This document shows positions 16,158-25,306 of a stretch of 40,420 nt of DNA, in pieces. The translations under genes and the position numbers were made by a program. Source of the DNA: a virus; IMG/VR virus record IMGVR_UViG_3300045988_016800, positions 1-40,420 of that record; one strand, 5' to 3'. Every line of letters begins with the position of its first letter. Positions within the stretch are counted from its first letter, which is position 1. The notes beneath the pieces were generated by a model. The model saw only the letters and a list, made by a program, of their open reading frames with translations, was not told where the DNA came from and did not search any database.

Positions 16158-17350
16158 TGGCGCACTATCCATTTACTCCGGAACTGCTTGATGCACTTCC
16201 CGAAGAACTCGCTGAACTCTTCCGAGGACTTGAAGATGCGCTGCTTGATGAGATTTGCAGCCGCCTTGCACTGAAAGATCAGCTGAACGAAGTGACGGTT
16301 CAGGCGATTCGGGCGCTGCGGTTGCATGGCATCGATACAAAAGACGTCGAAAAGGCCATCCAGAAAACATCTGGGATCAGTGAAAAGAAGCTCAACAAGC
16401 TTTTTGACGATGTAATAGCCAGAAACCAGAAGTATTATACCGACGTCATTGATATGGCGGGGCTGACGCAGCCAGAAATGCTGGTCGATGCGCCTGTGAT
16501 CGCCGCGATCCGGGCGCAGACACTTGATGAATTTCACAATATCACAGCTTCTATGGGCTTTCTGGTGGATAACGGCAGGACCATGCTGCGCCCGGCCAAA
16601 GCGTACCAATGGGCACTCGATTCTGCCGCCCTGCAGATCCAGACCGGCGCGGTCAGCTATAATCAGGCCATCAAGCCAGCGGTGCAGCAGCTTGCAAAGA
16701 GCGGCATAAAAACGGTCAATTATGAAAGCGGCCATGTTGACCAGATCGACGTCGCCGTGCGCCGCGCGGTGATGACCGGCGTCAACCAGATATGCGATCA
16801 ATATACAAAGCAGTCAGCAGAATACCTGCAGACGCGGTATTTTGAGATATCCGCACATTCCGGTGCCCGAGACAAGCCCGGCCATTCTCCGTGGTCGAGC
16901 CACAAGGACTGGCAAGGGAAAGTCTATTACCAAAGTGAAAACGGTGAGCCTGATCCGATGGGTCTTTACGATGACCTTGTAGCTACTACCGGCTATGGAT
17001 ACGTCGATGGTCTGACCGGCGCGAACTGCCGCCATCATAAATACCCCTTTATTCCCGGAGTTTCAGAGCGCACTTACACCGATGACCAGCTTAAGCATAT
17101 CGATGACGGGCTGGGGTGCGAATTCCAGGGGAAAAAGTATTCCGCATACGAGGCAACGCAGATGCAGCGCAAAATTGAGCGCACCATACGCAAATTAAAG
17201 CGCAAGAAAGCCGGTTATAACGCCGCTGGTCTGGCAAACGACGAACAGGCGGTAAGTATTCGCATCCAGAGGCAAAGACGCCAATACAAGGCGTTCAGCA
17301 AGGCCGCGGGGCTGCCGGAACAGCGAGAAAGGATGAAGGTGCTGTATTGA
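16157..17350 (+). CDS. Minor capsid / head morphogenesis protein (SPP1 gp7 / minor-capsid-2-like)
   Basis: 397 aa immediately after portal. ISAHSGARDKPGH...GANCRHHKYPFIPG. Confidence 0.7.
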   Translation: MAHYPFTPELLDALPEELAELFRGLEDALLDEICSRLALKDQLNEVTVQAIRALRLHGIDTKDVEKAIQKTSGISEKKLNKLFDDVIARNQKYYTDVIDMAGLTQPEMLVDAPVIAAIRAQTLDEFHNITASMGFLVDNGRTMLRPAKAYQWALDSAALQIQTGAVSYNQAIKPAVQQLAKSGIKTVNYESGHVDQIDVAVRRAVMTGVNQICDQYTKQSAEYLQTRYFEISAHSGARDKPGHSPWSSHKDWQGKVYYQSENGEPDPMGLYDDLVATTGYGYVDGLTGANCRHHKYPFIPGVSERTYTDDQLKHIDDGLGCEFQGKKYSAYEATQMQRKIERTIRKLKRKKAGYNAAGLANDEQAVSIRIQRQRRQYKAFSKAAGLPEQRERMKVLY

Positions 17351-17475
17351 TCGACGAAAAACTGAAAGCCGCCATTGAGCGGGCGCTTGCTGATGGCTGC
17401 CGTGTGCAGCTGAAGCGAATGAAAGACGGCACGATCAAAGCGCAGATCGTAAAAATGGAAGAGATCAAAAAATAA
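17347..17475 (+). CDS. Possible 42-aa ORF (not in the ORF track)
   Basis: TTG 17347 overlaps the upstream TGA. Translates to IDEKLKAAIERALADGCRVQLKRMKDGTIKAQIVKMEEIKK. Fills an otherwise non-coding gap. Confidence 0.3.
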   Translation: MIDEKLKAAIERALADGCRVQLKRMKDGTIKAQIVKMEEIKK

Positions 17476-17516
17476 ATACCTTCCCGCAGCGCAATGGAGC
17501 GCGCGGAAGTGGCACG

Positions 17517-17559
17517 AAGAGTCAGTTTGTAAGGGTTTCTTACAGGTTGGCTCTTTTTT
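17517..17559 (+). terminator. Intrinsic terminator-like hairpin between the minor-capsid and scaffold genes
   Basis: 15-bp stem gagtcagtttgtaag / cttacaggttggctc (includes G-U pairs), 5-nt loop, then tttttt. Confidence 0.45.
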
Positions 17560-17601
17560 CTTTGTAATCAATGGGCGACGGCCCTTAAACGGAGGCTTTT
17601 T

Positions 17602-18099
17602 ATGGCAGAAGAACCCAACGTGCAGGGCACGGGAATCACTGCTCCCGAGCAGGAAAAAACGTTCACGCAGGCTGATGTCGATAAACTCATCCAGACGAGG
17701 CTCGATCGCGAACGGAAAAAGTACCCCAGCGAGGAAGAAATCACCGCCTATCGGACTTGGAAGGACAGTCAGCAGACCGAACAGGAGCGTCAGGCCAAGC
17801 AGGCAAAAGACCTTGCGGACAGCAAAGCGGCTCTTTCTGCCTCACAGGCAGAGGTCGAGCAGCTGCGGCGCGATAAATACGTGCTGAGCAAGGGCCTGAC
17901 CGGCGAGGATGCCGAATTTGTTGCGTTTAAGGCTATGAAGATGGTCAACGACAAGACCACGTTTGAGCAGGCTGTCGACGCATTGACCGCAAACCGAAAG
18001 AAAGCAACATTCGACTGGACAGCCCCGACAGGAGGCGGCACAAAGGAAAACACAGCAAATCAGCAGATGAACGCCCTGATTCGTGGCGCTCTCAGATAA
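17602..18099 (+). CDS. Capsid scaffolding protein
   Basis: 165 aa directly upstream of the major capsid gene. FTQADVDKLIQTRLDRERKKY and a charged helical composition. Confidence 0.75.
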   Translation: MAEEPNVQGTGITAPEQEKTFTQADVDKLIQTRLDRERKKYPSEEEITAYRTWKDSQQTEQERQAKQAKDLADSKAALSASQAEVEQLRRDKYVLSKGLTGEDAEFVAFKAMKMVNDKTTFEQAVDALTANRKKATFDWTAPTGGGTKENTANQQMNALIRGALR

Positions 18100-18114
18100 G
18101 AAAAGGAGTTATAT

Positions 18115-19329
18115 ATGCCGACTATTGATCGCAATTCTCTTTCCGGTCTTATTCCGGAACCCGTAACCCGTGACATCATGCAGGGCGCTATCGCAGAGTC
18201 CGCAGTCCTGCGCATGGGCCGCAGACTGGCGAATATGTCCAGCAAGACCCAGACCATCAACGTGCTCGACGCCCTGCCGTCTGCATTCTTTGTCAATGGT
18301 GAAGCGACCGACACTGGCGCTGGCGAAGCATTCAAGCAGACCACCAAGATGGCGTGGGACAAGAAGAAACTGTACGCCGAGGAAATCGCCGTCATCGTTC
18401 CGATCCCTGAAGCTGCCCTGGACGATGCAGACTATGACATTTGGGGCGAGGTCCGCCCGAGACTGACCGAGGCTTTCGGCAAGGTTATTGATGCGGCTAT
18501 CCTGTTCGGCACGAACAAGCCGAGCACGTGGCGTGACGGCGTTGTTCCTTCGGCCATCGCTGCTGGCAACGGCGTGCCCGTCGGTACGAGCGTCTTTGAC
18601 GACATCATGGGCGAGGGCGGCCTGATCGCAAAGGTCGAACTCGACGGTTTCAACCCGAATGGCGTTATGTCCGCGATCCAGATGCGCGGCAAGCTTCGTG
18701 GCCTGAAGGACACGACCGGCCAGCCCATCTTCAAGTCCGACATGCAGGGCGCGACCCGCTATGGCCTTGACGGCATGGATATGTACTTCCCGATGAACGG
18801 CGCATTTGACCCGTCTCAGGCGCAGATGATCGTCGGCGACTGGTCGCAGCTGGTCTATGCAATCCGGCAGGACATGACCTTCAAGATCTTCACCGAGGGC
18901 GTCATTCAGGACCCGACCACGAAGGCGATCACTTACAACCTCATGCAAAACGATATGGTCGCGCTGCGTGCGGTCATGCGCCTCGGCTGGGAAATCGCCA
19001 ACCCGGTCAACGCTTACAACGCGGGCATTACCAACCCGTTCCCGTTCTCGGTCTACGGCAAGGCTGGCACGGTCTCCACTGTGACCGTCGCCCCGGCAAC
19101 CGCGACCGTGGCGAAGGGCGCAAGCAAAGCATTTTCCGCCTCCGTTGCGGGTGAAGGCATCGTAAGTGGCGACGTCGAGTGGAGCCAGAGCGGTGCAAAG
19201 TCGTCTATCACGGAAGGCGGCGTGCTGACGGTCGCGTCCAATGAGACGTCCGCGAGCATTACCGTCACTGCAAAGTCGAAGCAGGACAGCACTAAGACCG
19301 GCACGGCAACTGTTACGGTCGGTTCGTAA
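18115..19329 (+). CDS. Major capsid protein (HK97-fold family) with C-terminal Ig-like (Big_2-like) domain
   Basis: 404 aa with strong SD. Position after the scaffold gene. C-terminal VTVAPATATVAKGASKAFSASV...TGTATVTV looks Ig-like. Confidence 0.88.
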   Translation: MPTIDRNSLSGLIPEPVTRDIMQGAIAESAVLRMGRRLANMSSKTQTINVLDALPSAFFVNGEATDTGAGEAFKQTTKMAWDKKKLYAEEIAVIVPIPEAALDDADYDIWGEVRPRLTEAFGKVIDAAILFGTNKPSTWRDGVVPSAIAAGNGVPVGTSVFDDIMGEGGLIAKVELDGFNPNGVMSAIQMRGKLRGLKDTTGQPIFKSDMQGATRYGLDGMDMYFPMNGAFDPSQAQMIVGDWSQLVYAIRQDMTFKIFTEGVIQDPTTKAITYNLMQNDMVALRAVMRLGWEIANPVNAYNAGITNPFPFSVYGKAGTVSTVTVAPATATVAKGASKAFSASVAGEGIVSGDVEWSQSGAKSSITEGGVLTVASNETSASITVTAKSKQDSTKTGTATVTVGS

Positions 19330-19351
19330 AAAATGAAAGGAGCTGGTACGA

Positions 19352-19792
19352 ATGATCTATGCCGACTATGAATTTTACTCCGGCTGCTATTACGGCAACG
19401 TCAACGAGGAGGATTTTCATCGTCTGGCCGTTCGTGCCAGCTCCTTCCTCGATTATTACACGCAGAACCGGGTAAAGAACCGCGCGGATCTGCATGAGGT
19501 GAAAATGGCATGCTGCGCGCTGGTCGACAGGTACAAGACCATCGAAGCTGCACAGGATCTTGCACAGAAGAACCTTACCGCCGGGCTTGCATCTGATTTC
19601 GGTGAATTGCAGAGCGAGACTGTGGGCGGTTACTCCCGCACGTTCCGAAGCAGCGGCGATTCTTCCGTTTCGGCCATGAAAGCCGCGGACAATCTGAAAG
19701 CGACGCTTGCGGCCACGGCGCGCGAATACCTGGCGCATACCGGCCTGCTGTACAGAGGGAGGTGCTTTTCATGTACGCTCCCCACACTGTAA
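19352..19792 (+). CDS. Head-tail connector (gp6-like) protein
   Basis: 146 aa. First gene after the capsid gene. Call is mainly positional. Confidence 0.5.
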   Translation: MIYADYEFYSGCYYGNVNEEDFHRLAVRASSFLDYYTQNRVKNRADLHEVKMACCALVDRYKTIEAAQDLAQKNLTAGLASDFGELQSETVGGYSRTFRSSGDSSVSAMKAADNLKATLAATAREYLAHTGLLYRGRCFSCTLPTL

Positions 19793-20229
19793 CCATCTAC
19801 AACGTCACGCAGGAAACAGACCAGACCACGTTCAAAGACGTGCAAAAGTCTTATATCACAGTCCTCCGTGGCGTGATGCTGCAGGCGTCCAAAGCCGCAA
19901 ATGTCCGCCAAAGCGGGCTAGAGGGCGCGGACGCTGTCAACCTGTATATTCCATTCTCCACGCCCGCTGTGGATGGCGTGACGGGCGCTGCGAAGCGCTA
20001 CGTCGGGCCACAGGAATTCTGGCGAGCAGTCGATAAAAGCGGGCTCTGGACGCTCTCGACGGACGGCAACGGCGGCACGACCTTTTTTGTCAAGGGCGAA
20101 GTCGTTGAGCCGGAGAAGACCGAGGAAGCGATTGAAATGCTCTACGACGACGTTTACAAGGTCACGAAGGTAGACATGAAGGACCTCGGCAGCGCTGATA
20201 TGCAGCACTGGGAAGTCGGAGGATCCTGA
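19771..20229 (+). CDS. Head-tail joining / head closure protein
   Basis: ATG 19771 lies 8 nt after agagggagg. 152 aa. Positional call. Confidence 0.4.
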   Translation: MYAPHTVTIYNVTQETDQTTFKDVQKSYITVLRGVMLQASKAANVRQSGLEGADAVNLYIPFSTPAVDGVTGAAKRYVGPQEFWRAVDKSGLWTLSTDGNGGTTFFVKGEVVEPEKTEEAIEMLYDDVYKVTKVDMKDLGSADMQHWEVGGS

Positions 20230-20230
20230 T

Positions 20231-20641
20231 GTGCTGAAATTCTCCGTGGAAACGTCCGGGCTTAATGCAATCGCAGAAAAGCTGAAAGAGGTATGCAGCC
20301 GAGCGGAGCATATTGTTGCAGTTCAAGTTCGGAAGGACACAAGCCCATATGTTCCGTTTTTGACTGGCTCCCTCGATGAGAGAACGCGCGTGGACGGGAA
20401 TACAGTCACCTACCCCGGCCCATACGCGCGGTTCCTCTACCACGGGAAGGTCATGATCGACCCGGAGACCGGAAGCACATACGCGCCGAAGGGCGGGACG
20501 AAGGTGCTGACCGACAAGAATCTTGTGTTCAATACCTCTGGACATTCTCAGGCCCAATCGCACTGGTTCGAGGCATCGAAAGCTGAAAACCTTGATAAAT
20601 GGATCCGCGTTGCGGACAAGGCGGTGAAACATGGACTCTGA
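20231..20641 (+). CDS. Neck / tail-completion protein (HK97 gp10-like, tentative)
   Basis: GTG start. 136 aa. PYVPFLTGSL...YARFLYHGK resembles gp10-type minor head-tail proteins. Confidence 0.45.
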   Translation: MLKFSVETSGLNAIAEKLKEVCSRAEHIVAVQVRKDTSPYVPFLTGSLDERTRVDGNTVTYPGPYARFLYHGKVMIDPETGSTYAPKGGTKVLTDKNLVFNTSGHSQAQSHWFEASKAENLDKWIRVADKAVKHGL

Positions 20642-21086
20642 AAAACAGAAAAAGTTGGTATCAGCGGAAGAAGAACAGGATATCGCCCGAAAGATGATGG
20701 TCTGGGCGAACTCCTTTTCGGACGACGATATGCCAGCCGCGACGATCAACTATGAATTTCTCGCCGCAGATTCCGCAAGTATGGCGCTGTCCGCCATTCA
20801 GGGCGCGTACATCACGCGGAAATACCTGCTTGGCGGGCATGAAGCAGAATACCAATTTAAGATCATCGCCCGCATCATCCCCGGCAGCAGCAACGATAAG
20901 CGCCTGAAATGCGACGCCATGCTCAACCGCTTCGGAGACTGGGCTATGCAAAATTACCCGTCTTTGGGCGACGGGATGCGCGTCCGGCGCGTGGAAGCGT
21001 CCAGCCGTGCGGCTCTGTTCGCCCGGTACGATGACGGTACAGAAGACCATCAGATACTTATGAAACTGACATATGAGGTGATTTAA
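20631..21086 (+). CDS. Neck / tail terminator-like protein
   Basis: 151 aa. Last gene before the major tail protein. Positional call. Confidence 0.35.
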   Translation: MDSEKQKKLVSAEEEQDIARKMMVWANSFSDDDMPAATINYEFLAADSASMALSAIQGAYITRKYLLGGHEAEYQFKIIARIIPGSSNDKRLKCDAMLNRFGDWAMQNYPSLGDGMRVRRVEASSRAALFARYDDGTEDHQILMKLTYEVI

Positions 21087-21088
21087 CT

Positions 21089-21622
21089 ATGGCAGATATG
21101 ACCTTTAATACCACTTCCGGCCAGACCATTGACCGAGAATTGCTGATCGCATACCTGAACACCGGCGAGTCGGCGACGCCCGTCTGGTCTCCGTTCGGTA
21201 AGCGCGTCACCGACTCCAGTATGGAATATGACTGGCAGGAGGATTCCAGCAAGGATATCCTCGGCACGACCAGAACCACCATGAAGAAGCCCATCATCAC
21301 GCAGAGCTTTGACCCGTGCGAGCTGGATTCTGGCGACGCGGCGCTCGTCAAGCTGTGGAATCTGGCCGTCAAGGATCAGGACGCGGCTGCGCTGGCGAAC
21401 CGGGATGTTCTCATTGTCCACCACTACGCAGGTACGGCTAAGACGGCGGTTTTTGCGGAGCGCTACGACGGGACGATGGTCAAGCCCACGAGCCTCGGCG
21501 GCGAGGGCGGCGGTTTCGTCGGTATGCCGTTCGACGTGACGCTGGGCGGCACGCGCACGACCGGCACGGCTGCGATCGGCAGCAACGGCGCGATCACGTT
21601 TACGCCGGACTCCGCAGCCTGA
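21089..21622 (+). CDS. Major tail protein (non-contractile tail tube)
   Basis: 177 aa. SD gaggtga. Position immediately upstream of the chaperone pair and tape measure. Confidence 0.7.
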   Translation: MADMTFNTTSGQTIDRELLIAYLNTGESATPVWSPFGKRVTDSSMEYDWQEDSSKDILGTTRTTMKKPIITQSFDPCELDSGDAALVKLWNLAVKDQDAAALANRDVLIVHHYAGTAKTAVFAERYDGTMVKPTSLGGEGGGFVGMPFDVTLGGTRTTGTAAIGSNGAITFTPDSAA

Positions 21623-21636
21623 TGGAGGGACGATAA

Positions 21637-22056
21637 ATGGCAGATATCAGATTTGATACCGGCGTCGTTGCTTTCAACCTGAACGATAAGATCGAAGTTT
21701 CCTTCAATCCTACCGACAGCGCGGTTGTAGAGAAGATCTACAGCACGTTCGAGGAACTGGACAGAAAGCAGGAAGCATACAAAGCGGAGATCGAAAAGTG
21801 CGCCGACAAGAAGGAGATCTTCGAGATCGCACGCCGCCGTGACGCGGAAATGCGGGACATGATCGACGGTCTGTTTGAAAAGCCGGTCTGCGCAGCGCTG
21901 TTTGGCACTATGAATGTCTACGCGCTGGCCGACGGCTTGCCGGTCTGGTGCAATCTGATGCTGGCCGTGATCGACCAGATCGACACAACGTTCAGCCGCG
22001 AACAGAAGCGCACGAACCCCCGTATCGCAAAATACACAGATAGATGGAAAAAGTAA
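21637..22056 (+). CDS. Tail assembly chaperone
   Basis: 139 aa. Positional (gpG-like), acidic/helical. Confidence 0.6.
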   Translation: MADIRFDTGVVAFNLNDKIEVSFNPTDSAVVEKIYSTFEELDRKQEAYKAEIEKCADKKEIFEIARRRDAEMRDMIDGLFEKPVCAALFGTMNVYALADGLPVWCNLMLAVIDQIDTTFSREQKRTNPRIAKYTDRWKK

Positions 22057-22622
22057 TCTATTCCCTGCCGACTTCGGTTGAGGTCAACGGAACAGAATAC
22101 ACCATCCAGTCAGATTATCGGGCGGTGCTGGATATCCTCACCGCCCTTTCTGATGGTGATCTCGACGAACAGGACAAAGCCGAAGCTGCGTTGACTATCT
22201 TCTATCCGGAGTTCTCGTCAATGCCTGCGTCGGATTACCAAGAAGCGCTGAATCAGTGCTTCCGGTTTATCGACCACGGGCAGGGGGCAAAGACGCAGGG
22301 AAAACAGCCCGCCGTTATGTCGTGGGAGCAGGATTTTGACATGATCATTTCCCCGGTCAACCGGATCGCTGGCTGCGAAGTCCGCAGTCTCCCATATCTC
22401 CATTGGTGGTCGTTTTTGTCGTACTACATGGAGATTGGCGATTGCCTCTTTGCGCAGGTCGTTGCGATCCGGGACAAAAAGGCCCGCGGGAAGCCGCTGG
22501 ATAAGCAGGAGCGCGAATTCTACCGGCGGAACCGGAAAATGGTCGACCTGAAAACGACCTACACGGAGGCAGAGCAGAATCTACTTGCCGCGTGGGGGAT
22601 CGGGGCACCAAAGCAAACATAA
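22044..22622 (+). CDS. Gp15-like tail assembly protein (gpT-like position)
   Basis: 192 aa in the -1 frame relative to 21637..22056. SVEVNGTEYTIQSDYRAVLDILTAL...TIFYPE resembles the phage Gp15 family. No SD. Confidence 0.55.
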   Translation: MEKVIYSLPTSVEVNGTEYTIQSDYRAVLDILTALSDGDLDEQDKAEAALTIFYPEFSSMPASDYQEALNQCFRFIDHGQGAKTQGKQPAVMSWEQDFDMIISPVNRIAGCEVRSLPYLHWWSFLSYYMEIGDCLFAQVVAIRDKKARGKPLDKQEREFYRRNRKMVDLKTTYTEAEQNLLAAWGIGAPKQT

Positions 22623-22634
22623 GGTGGTGAAACT

Positions 22635-24917
22635 ATGGCGGACGGCAAGGTTGTTATTGCGGTCGATGCTGATGCAAAACAGGCTCAAAAAGAGCTGGAT
22701 AAGGTCACAAAATCCATCGAAAAGATCCAAGCTGACCTGAACAAAAGCACTGGAGAACAGAGCGGGATCAAAGCAGAGCTGGACGCGGCAAAAGCATCCG
22801 CGAAGCAAACCGAAGATGCAATTCGGTCTCTGAAAACCGAGGCATCGCAGCTGACGCAAATAACGTCCGGCACTGTTTCTGTTGACCCAGCTCAATTTAT
22901 CGCTGCGCAGGAGCGGCAGGCTGCCGTTACCGCGCAGCTGAAAGAGCAAGAGGCGGCTCTTGCCAAGCAGGACAAGGCGGTCGAGGCGCTTGATGCAAAA
23001 TATGCCCGCGTGACCGACAAGGTGATCCAGCAAACAGCGGCACTTGACGATGCAAAAGAAAAGGCCGGAGCGCTCACGAAACAGATCACAAATGCGGGCG
23101 GTGCGTCCGAACGCATGGCCGAGGCGGCGTCGCGCGTTGAAAAGAGTATGTCCAAGTTTGGGAACCGGATCAGCGGACTTTTTAAGCGCGCGTTGGTATT
23201 TACGCTCATTTCCCGTGGCCTCTCTCAGCTGCGCAGCTGGCTTGGCGAGACGATCATGCAGAATGATGCAGCCCGTGCGTCTATCGCTCGGCTGAAAGCC
23301 GCCCTTTTGACGCTGGCACAGCCGATTCTTGAAGTTGTGATCCCGGTTTTTGTGAAGCTGGTCAACATTCTTACTCAGGTTGTGACGGCAATTGCAAAAT
23401 TTTTCGGTATGCTGTCCGGTAAAAGCTGGGGCACGCAAGTATCTGCGGCAAAGGGCCTGACCGAAGAGAAGGAAGCACTCGAGGGCGTAGGTTCTGCCGC
23501 TGAGGATGCGAGCAAGAGCATGGCGAGCTTCGACGAGATCAACCAGATCACAAGCAATCAGGCGTCGGATGCTGGCGGCGGTGGCGGCGGCTCTTCCGGC
23601 ACGGAGGGCATCACCCCGGATTTCTCGAATCTTGATATGGCAGAAGACAAACTGCATGATATTCTCGGGATTGTCGGTGCGATTGCGGCCGGTTTGCTTG
23701 CGTGGAAAATCGCGAGTATGTTTACAGATGATCTCAGCAAGATCGGTGGCATTGCACTTGCCGCGGCGGGCGCGTTTGCGCTTATCTATTTCTGGCTGGA
23801 CGCATGGAAAAACGGAATCGATTTGCAGAACTTCGCCGGTATGCTGGCTGGACTCGTGGCGTTGGCTGGTGGCCTTGCGATTGCATTTGGCGCAACTGCT
23901 GCGGGCATTGCCCTTGTAGTAGGCGGTCTTGCAATGCTGATTGTCGGCATTAAAGATGTGATTGAAAACGGCCTGACGTTAGAAAATACGTTGACGATTA
24001 TCGCCGGGCTTCTTGCCGCTGGCATTGGTATCGGTCTTCTGACTGGAAACTGGATCCCGCTACTCATTGCGGCAATTGCGTCCGTTCTGCTGGCCCTTGT
24101 GTACTTCACCGGGCACGGTGAAGAGCTTATCAGCGGCCTGAAAGATGTTGTTGAGGGTTTCGGCAAGTTTTTCAAAGGCGTTTTCTCAGGCGATTTGAAG
24201 CTCGCAGCAGAGGGCGCAAAGCAGATCTGGGAAGGTATGAAAAAAACGTGGAACGCCATTGTAAGCTCCATCCGCGATGCGTGGAATGCGTTCATCACGT
24301 GGATGCAGTCTAAGAACCCAGCGCTGGCCGCGATCTTTCAGACTATCGGGAAATTGTTTTCCGACCAGTACAACGCATGGGTAAAAATCCTGAAAGGTTT
24401 GATCACGTTCCTGACCGGCATTTTCACAGGCGACTGGAAAAAGGCTTGGAACGGTGTGCTCGAAATTTTGAAGGGTATCTGGAATCTAATTGTCGGCACG
24501 GTTGAGGGCGCAATCAATTTCATCATTGACGGTATCAATCTCCTAATTTCCGCGCTGAATAAAATTCAGGTCAACATTCCCGAGTGGGTCCCGTTGTTGG
24601 GCGGCAAGACCTTCGGCATCAACATTGCGCCGGTCAGTAGAATCGAGCTTCCCCGTCTCGCCTCCGGCGCGGTCATCCCGCCGAACCGGGAATTCCTCGC
24701 GGTGCTGGGAGACCAGAAGAGCGGGACGAATATTGAGACGCCGCTGGAAACCATGCTGCAGGCGTTCCGGCAGGCACTCAACGAGAATGGAGGCAGCGGC
24801 CGGAGCATCACGGTCGTGCTCGAGATGGACAAGCGGGAGTTCGCCCGCGCCGTCTACAAGGCAAACAATGATGAGACGCAGCGTGTCGGCGTGAAGCTCG
24901 CGGGGGTGAAAGCATGA
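22635..24917 (+). CDS. Tape measure protein
   Basis: 760 aa. Long coiled-coil N-terminus, a Gly run, and several hydrophobic segments. Position before the distal tail genes. Confidence 0.9.
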   Translation: MADGKVVIAVDADAKQAQKELDKVTKSIEKIQADLNKSTGEQSGIKAELDAAKASAKQTEDAIRSLKTEASQLTQITSGTVSVDPAQFIAAQERQAAVTAQLKEQEAALAKQDKAVEALDAKYARVTDKVIQQTAALDDAKEKAGALTKQITNAGGASERMAEAASRVEKSMSKFGNRISGLFKRALVFTLISRGLSQLRSWLGETIMQNDAARASIARLKAALLTLAQPILEVVIPVFVKLVNILTQVVTAIAKFFGMLSGKSWGTQVSAAKGLTEEKEALEGVGSAAEDASKSMASFDEINQITSNQASDAGGGGGGSSGTEGITPDFSNLDMAEDKLHDILGIVGAIAAGLLAWKIASMFTDDLSKIGGIALAAAGAFALIYFWLDAWKNGIDLQNFAGMLAGLVALAGGLAIAFGATAAGIALVVGGLAMLIVGIKDVIENGLTLENTLTIIAGLLAAGIGIGLLTGNWIPLLIAAIASVLLALVYFTGHGEELISGLKDVVEGFGKFFKGVFSGDLKLAAEGAKQIWEGMKKTWNAIVSSIRDAWNAFITWMQSKNPALAAIFQTIGKLFSDQYNAWVKILKGLITFLTGIFTGDWKKAWNGVLEILKGIWNLIVGTVEGAINFIIDGINLLISALNKIQVNIPEWVPLLGGKTFGINIAPVSRIELPRLASGAVIPPNREFLAVLGDQKSGTNIETPLETMLQAFRQALNENGGSGRSITVVLEMDKREFARAVYKANNDETQRVGVKLAGVKA

Positions 24918-25306
24918 ATAGTGTATTGAGCCTTGACGGAAAAGCGTATCCGAATCTGCACGTCGTGAGTCTGAAACGTTCGTTCTCCGTGCTTGATGGC
25001 GACAATGCCGGGCGCGTGATGACCGGCGCAATGACGCGCGACATCATCGGCACCTATTACAATTACAGTCTGGAAATTGATTCCGTGACATCGAACCCCG
25101 AGGAATACGACGAGTTTTATGAAACGATCTCCGCACCGGCAGACAGCCACGTACTGACAGTCCCCTATGCGCAGACGACCATGACGTTCGACGCGTATGT
25201 TGCAAATGGCGACGATGAACTGGCGTCCAGCTATGCCGGGAAAAACAGCTGGCAGAACCTGACCGTCAATTTTGTTGCCATGAAGCCCAAGAGGACCCCG
25301 GCATGA
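24914..25306 (+). CDS. Distal tail protein (Dit-like, short)
   Basis: 130 aa. ATGA overlap with the TMP gene. Positional call. Confidence 0.5.
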   Translation: MNSVLSLDGKAYPNLHVVSLKRSFSVLDGDNAGRVMTGAMTRDIIGTYYNYSLEIDSVTSNPEEYDEFYETISAPADSHVLTVPYAQTTMTFDAYVANGDDELASSYAGKNSWQNLTVNFVAMKPKRTPA

